64,000 nt of DNA from Octopus sinensis (Eukaryota). Under the pieces are notes generated by a model. The model was not told the DNA's origin and made no database searches. It saw only the letters and a program-made list of their open reading frames with translations. Numbering within the stretch: the first letter of the stretch is position 1; each line of letters begins with the position of its first letter. This document shows, in pieces, positions 57,530 to 64,000 of this stretch. The DNA lies in NCBI RefSeq assembly GCF_006345805.1, contig NC_043000.1, positions 22,506,001 to 22,570,000 of the forward strand. The letters are read 5' to 3'. The position numbers and the translations under genes were made by a program.

Positions 57530-58560
57530 TCATGTTAAGATAATGGTTTCTGATTTGGGCAGAAAACCAACAAGTTCAAGAGGAGGGGTTTGGTTGGTGC
57601 TATTGACCCCAGTACTTGACTGGTTTTTTATTTTGTTGACTTCGGAAGGATGACATGCAATGTGGACTTCAGTGGAATTTGAACACAGAATGTAGAGGCT
57701 TGGAATAAATGCCACAAGGTATTTTTCTGATGCTCTTACAGTTCTTTTCTACTCTAGGCACAAGGCCTGAAATTTTTAGGAGGGGGCCAGTCAATTAGAT
57801 CAACCTTAGTACGTAACTGGTACTTAATTTATCAACTGCAAAAGGATGAAAGGCAAAGTTGACCTCAGCAGAATTTGAACTCAGAACGTAAAGACAGACT
57901 AAATACCTATTTCTTTACTACCCACAAGGGGCTAAACACAGAGGGGACAAACAAGGACAGACAAATGGATTAAGTCGATTACATCGACCCCAGTGCATAA
58001 CTGGTACTTAATTTATCGACCCCGAAAGGATGAAAGACAAAATTGACCTCGGCAGAATTTGAACTCAGAATGTAGCGGCAGACTAAATACCATTAAGCAC
58101 TTCACTCGGCATGCTACCGTTTCTTATTTCTTTATTGCCCACAGGGGGCTAAACATAGAGGGGACAAACAAGGACAGACAAAGAGATTGTCGATTACACT
58201 GACCCCAGTACGCAACTGGTACTTAATTTATTGACCCCCAAAAGGATGAAAGGCAAAGTCGACCTTGGCAGAATTTGAACTCAGAACGTAGCAGCAGACT
58301 AAATACTGTTAAGCATTTCGCTTGGCATGCTAATGTTTCTGCCAGCTCGTTGCTCTTACAGTTCTACCAATCCACCACCCTAACCCATCTTAAAATAACC
58401 CTTTCCACTCTAGGCACAAGGCCTGAAATTTTGGTATGAGGGATTAAGTCGATTGCATCGACTCTAGTATTCAGCTGGTACTTATTTTATTGATCCCGAA
58501 AGGATGAAAAGCAAAGTTGCCCTTCACAGTATCTGAACTTGCAATGTAAAGATGGATGAA
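57530..58560 (-). mobile_element. Chain of 4-5 nested or tandem type-A/B SINEs
   Basis: Repeated ggatgaaaggcaaagtcgacc bodies; junctions at 57907/57908 and about 58115. Confidence 0.85.
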
Positions 58561-59849
58561 CCCACATTAAACTAATGCTCACAAATATGGGATGGTATAC
58601 AAACTATACCAATGAACAGGTGTCAAACTGACAAAACAGTCTCTATGTAGTTAGTTGAACTTCTAGAAATAACAGCTAAATCTCCCTCATATTGTAAACC
58701 TACCAACTTAAATAAGGAAAGGACTTATGGGAAAATGTAGATTTATTAAAAGATTGGATAGTTACAACATCAATACTTTTGGTTGTGGGTCTGGTTGATC
58801 AAGGCCGATTTAATGCTAAACAATAATTTACATTAACCTGAAACAAAGTTGTATATATTAACCATTATATAACAGACAAAGAAAAAAAAACAAAGAGAAA
58901 GAAAAATATTAAGTTGCAGGTGTTTCAATTAATTAAGAGTTATGGACTGTAAATAATTAAAGAAAAAAATTATATTTGTTTTTAATGTCTCAGTAAATTA
59001 GCAGAATCTCTTAATTTTAATGTTATGTAAGAGAAGTAGTACATAACAGCTGCTTGCTCAACACTGCCTTAATATCCAATTCTCTGTAATTAGTTTGCAT
59101 GGAATGGCTTTTCAAAATTTGAACTCCTGCATATTGTTATAGTGAGTGCAACTACAGATGTCAATGTTCTTTCTACCATTAGCCACTCAGTTTGCATGTA
59201 CGTATGAAGGCTTTTGTCTGGTAGATTTGTATGTCTTTTCCAAGGGCAAAAAATTTTAATAGTAACAGGGAGCTTGTAGTAGTGTGATTGTTAGTCAATC
59301 AGCTTTACTTCTGAAAACAAATTATGTAGGCTTATAGTCATCCTGGGTAATTCTTTTACAGAGGCAGCACTTTTGGGTCATCTGTATAAGCCTGTATAGG
59401 CTGTGGGGCTGAGAGGAAGGAGGTCAGCAAACTCAAGGGTTTCCTCAGGTGGCATACACTCTAGCTACACCACTTAGGATCAGACAGAAAAAAAACTCAA
59501 GGTTGTTTAGCGCAAAGTTAGCCATCAGTGAACAGACCTATGATCAAAAGCAATCCAGCTGAGACCATCCTGATTTTTTTTCTTCTAGGCATAGTATACC
59601 TATAATACATTTTCCAATGCGTCCTTTTTTGTGACAGAAGGATGTGACTTAAGGTATATTTGGCTGCTATTTCTAGTTAGATCTTAGAGGCCCTGTGAAG
59701 AATCAGGACATTGCCTTCCTTTCTGACTGATATAAAAAAAAACAATAAAACAAAAATTTTTTCAAAGAAAATGCTAAAAAGAACCTAAAAAAAATAATCC
59801 CTACAATCATTCTTTTTGTTCGTTTTATTTTTGAGATTTCTCAAGAAAT

Positions 59850-60240
59850 CATCATTTAATGTCCATTTTTCCACATTTGCATGGGTCAGGCAGAATTCAT
59901 TGAGGTAGATTTTCTATGGCTGGATACCTTTCCTGTTGCTCACCCTCACCTGTTAACATGATATTTTCCCTATGGCTAGACATGTTTTGTGGAATATTGG
60001 AAATAATGTATGATGATGATGAGACTCATTTACAATCACCACTTGGTGTCAAAATAAGGGTACAAACGCACACATATGTGATGGACTTCTTTCAGTTTCC
60101 ATGTACCAAATCCACTCACAATGCCCCAGTTTGCCTGGGGCAGTAGTAGAAGACTCTTGACCAAGGTACCATGCAGTGGGACTGAACCTGGAACCATGTG
60201 GTTGGGAAACAAACATCTTACCACACAACCATTCCAGCAC
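59850..60240 (-). mobile_element. OR-like SINE head with a different 3' segment
   Basis: Reverse complement of the head 60100-60235; upstream resembles 31480-31700 and 33840-34070. Confidence 0.65.
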
Positions 60241-61489
60241 CTATATATAAGATTGCATCATCTAACATATGTTTTTGTGATAGTATGTATACATCGTGTA
60301 TATATACATGACTGTACCATTCAATGCATCCATCACTTTTTTCTGTGATGGCATGTATATACTGTGTGTGTGTTTGACTGCTATATTTAATGTGTCTCAT
60401 CTTGGTGATGTTGGCATGTTGTTTGAAAGAGAGAGATTTGCTTGCTATTTCTAGCAGGCGTAGTGGCCATGTACAGGTTCCCATTGTGTCAATGCATGAG
60501 TCAAGACCGTCTCAGCTTGCACTACTCATTAACATGTCTCATTCCTGTTCCTCAGCTCTTCTCTGTTTCTATCTAATGTGACTTTCTCTTGTCTTTTCCC
60601 CCTAACAACTAGGATGGTGGCAAAGCATTTAAGGGGAAAGAAAACACAGGGACAGCCAAATATCATTTCAGTAACCAGACGTCTGGAAATTGTTAAAAAA
60701 AAGTTGTTTTTTTTTTGAGAAAGAGAGGGGGGGAGAGAGAGAGAGAGAGAGAGAGGATAGGATTTTGGGGTGTGGGCTTAGTAGTTGCTGCATAATATTA
60801 AGTCTAATTTGAATCTTTCTAGACAAATGGTATTGTGTGTCTGGCTATTAGCCTGTCACTTTGTCTGCATAGGATTGCATTTATGTGAGTATGAGACAGG
60901 ATACTTTCATCTGTGTGTGTGTGTGTGCATGGGTTGTATGTAATATATCAGACATCATTTAACCAACTTGTTCCTCACTCTCAACTTGATTTTCAAGGTC
61001 TCTCAAGCTCCTCCACTCTATTTCATCCTATCTCTGCTGTCATAATAATTTAACCTAGATTAAGAATAGTCACCAGAAATGGTAGACCTAGTGAATGGTC
61101 TTGCATCGGCATGAATTCTGTTGGGGGATATAAACAAAAGAGGAATATGTTGATGTGCTGGGAAATAAAGTGGGAGTGAATGTTTTTCATGCAGGGCACT
61201 TCAGAGCTAAATTGGAGATTTTCTGTTTTTCCCTCTCGTGAAGGGTAACACCCATAGTATTAGTCTCTCTCATTCTCTCTTTCTCTGTCTGTCTCTCTCA
61301 CAAATCGCACGCCATCATCAAACCATCCTACTCTTGGTTTGTTTATATTTTATAACCTAGATTTATTTTCTCCAAACTAGAATAATTTCCAGTGTCTGCT
61401 TGATTTGTTACCAGTATACCGGAAGAGCAAAATATTTCTGTTTTAAAAAAAATGCCACTTCTCTCTCCTATCCACATACACTAAAACAA

Positions 61490-61690
61490 ATACACATATA
61501 TGCATACATACATACACACATATATACATACACACATATATACATACATACATACATACATATATATGTGCACACATATAATATGTATCTAATAATTATG
61601 TATATGTATGTGTGTGTGTGTGTGTGTGCGCACACATCTAATATGTATGTATGTATGTATGTATATATATATATGTGTGTGTGCATGCAC
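61490..61690. repeat. Compound (CA/TA/CATA) microsatellite region
   Basis: Direct read. Confidence 0.9.
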
Positions 61691-62346
61691 ACTAACAACA
61701 GTGATTTATTTAATCATAGGCTGCCAGGGTGAAGAATATGTTGTATGCCAAACAGAATCATTCATCATTGCAAAATTTTGTTTATATATTTTAGTTCACT
61801 TTGACCTACCAGTTTCTTTCATGATACTTTCTCCAAATTCCAATTTTTTCATACTTTCCAATCTAAATATTTTTATTTAATTATTTCCATATTCCAATTT
61901 ATTTCTTAAAACTAAAAGAAAGAAATACATACAAATGAATATAAATCTTCAGACCGTTCTGTGTCAAATTGGTGAACTATTCCAAAGTCTAAATAGTATG
62001 AATTCTTTATTGGTATGAATTCTATGAATAACTTAATACATTTATTTATGTTCTTCCCATTTTATTTTAGTTTTTATTTAAATTATACTTATACAACCAA
62101 ATGAGGTAAGAAATTCACACACACACACACAAAAATGAACCAAAACAAAACTTTATTAGTCTATCTTAGATAATTCAGGCATATATATTGCCAAGACATA
62201 CACACAGTGATGCATATACATACATGTTTTTTTAAATACAAAATAAGAAAAAATATTCAATGCACTCTTATATCCAAAATGTGTAGAATCTAGTGTGTTT
62301 GTGTGTGTGTGTTTAGTTAATCCAAACATGAAAACACAAAGAGAAA

Positions 62347-62515
62347 ACACAACACGAGGACATGGAACAAGTATAGTGTTATTGGACGCTCAGGAAAGGA
62401 AAGAAAGAAGGAGGGTTTAACGTTTTGAGTGGAGTCTTTGTCAGAAACATAGGAAAAGGAAAGATCCGAGGAAGGCAAGATGGAGGGAAAATATCGCCAA
62501 CGATACACATGTGGT

Positions 62516-62567
<52 letters not shown>

Positions 62568-62752
62568 CAATCCAAACAAGCAAGAAAAAACAACACGAGG
62601 ACATGGTACAAATACTGTATTATTGGATGCTCAGGAAAGGAAAAAAAAAAGGATTTCACGTTTTGAGCGGAGCTCTTCATCAGAAATATAGAAAAAGTCC
62701 AAAGAAGGGAAGATGGAGAAAGAAAATTGCTAATGATACACAGGTGGTCACA
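62347..62752 (-). mobile_element. Tandem dimer (about 241-nt period) with decayed hammerhead motifs; retrozyme/PLE-like
   Basis: acacgaggacatgg recurs 241 nt apart; reverse-complement motifs at 62415-62448 and 62653-62687. Confidence 0.65.
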
Positions 62753-62823
62753 TATATATAAATTATTTTTTGTAATGAGTTAAAAAGCCAAGGCTGTGTA
62801 GATTTTAGAACATTTATAGATAG

Positions 62824-62871
62824 GTCTTACAGCTGTTTCCAGGATATTTATTATATCCCTTTATCAGAGAC
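62824..62871 (-). ncRNA. Minimal type I hammerhead motif, G8-mutated
   Basis: Reverse complement reads gtct CTGATAA agggatat-aataa-atatcctg GAAA cagctg TA agac. Confidence 0.6.
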
Positions 62872-64000
62872 GGCGTGAGAGGATGGTTAAGAAATAGTTA
62901 ATTTAGATAAGATATAAAATAGAGAGTGAAGTGGAGGAAATAAAAGAAAATAGATGTGAGATATGTAGGGATATTGCATTTGTAGATCCATTTTTTTTAG
63001 CCAGAGTGGTTATACATGTAAGATTCCAATACCTTATGAGTAAAATCCAATAGTATTTAAAATTGGTCATTCCAAGTTTATATACAGTTTTATTGAATCA
63101 AGGGTTTTATTTAAAGTGACCTAAAAATAGGGAGTGTATTAGTAGGGTCAAATAGAAAACAGGAAGAGAAGAATGAAGAATGAGAAAAAAGAGAGAATAA
63201 GGAGAAGAAAGTAAGAAGAAAAATAATAAAATAATATAATAAAAAACAGGAAGAGAGGAATAAAGGAAAGAAAGAAAAAAAAAAACAAAGATATAGATAA
63301 GGGAAAATGAACCATTTAGTGGTCAGTGGAGATAATTTGAAAGTAGGAGTGGGGAGATAAGGGTGATAGAGAGAATAAGGCCTAAACAATCACATTATCT
63401 ATTTTTGCAGAGACACACAAGTTGAGTTTTATATATATAGATATATATACACACACATACTAGTGTGTGTGGTTATTTGATTCCTGCTGGCCAGTCACTT
63501 GTTCACTGCATTTCAGGTGGTGGGAGTGATTAGAATGTGCAGCCAAGCAGAACAAATGCTGCAAAAATGTGTCACATTGGCAAAAGATATAACATACAAG
63601 CACACATATGTATGTGCATTTATACATGTGTGTGTGTGTGTGCATACATATGTATTTATAATAATTTCAATTATTATAAATGAGTTGAGATACTTGTCCT
63701 GCTTTGGTTTTTATTGTCCTTTTTCCTCTGATATAATATATACCTGCTAACATGGAGGCCTAATATGGATCCCTATCTCCAGCTCCAGCTGTGAACTGGA
63801 AACCTAATGGATGACCAATTATAGCAGTTACTCAGCGTCCCTATTCGTTTAGATCACCAGTGTACTAAACCCCACATATCCTATATATATATATATATAT
63901 ATACATAGATACATACACATGTCCAGACCTCATACGCACTAACACTCTCTCATACACACACACACTCTTATGTTGGGGTGAGGTCATTTAACCCTATTAC

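Noticed and set aside
61400-61880. ORFs rich in Y/I/H/T or V/C/M/Y
   Set aside because: They are microsatellite translations.
63744-63753. Minus-strand ATG TTA GCA G|GTATAT as a possible first coding exon
   Set aside because: Too short to distinguish from chance, and no coherent downstream exon chain could be built.

Overview
AT-rich, CpG-depleted animal genomic DNA dominated by repeats, most likely from an Octopus genome. The species call is inferred from recognisable octopus-type tRNA-derived SINEs and RTE tails and was not verified by search. No host protein-coding gene can be confidently identified, so the window is probably intronic or intergenic. Main content: (1) a near full-length, frameshifted RTE-clade LINE (15158-18897, minus strand) with AP endonuclease, RT (YADD) and an internal C4HC3 PHD-like finger; (2) about 25 5'-truncated copies of its modular 3' UTR; (3) several tRNA-derived SINE families; (4) 3' fragments of Dong/R4-like, L1/Tx1-like and other RTE LINEs; (5) Tc1/mariner, pogo-like and TTAA (piggyBac-type) MITEs. 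The most notable signal is a set of minimal type I hammerhead-ribozyme motifs in small repeats. Two unrelated families (about 350-nt unit at 9.7-10.5 kb, about 475-nt unit at 25.5-26.6 kb) share the same architecture: two oppositely oriented, slightly-more-than-one-unit arms, each with a hammerhead core. This resembles Penelope-like/retrozyme elements. Further decayed hammerheads occur at 62.4-62.9 kb. Other highlights are a SINE/LINE shared 3' tail with recurrent same-site insertion, a decayed orphan ORF of about 108 codons, and a GC3-rich coding-like fragment. Boundaries of older repeats are approximate (tens of bp).
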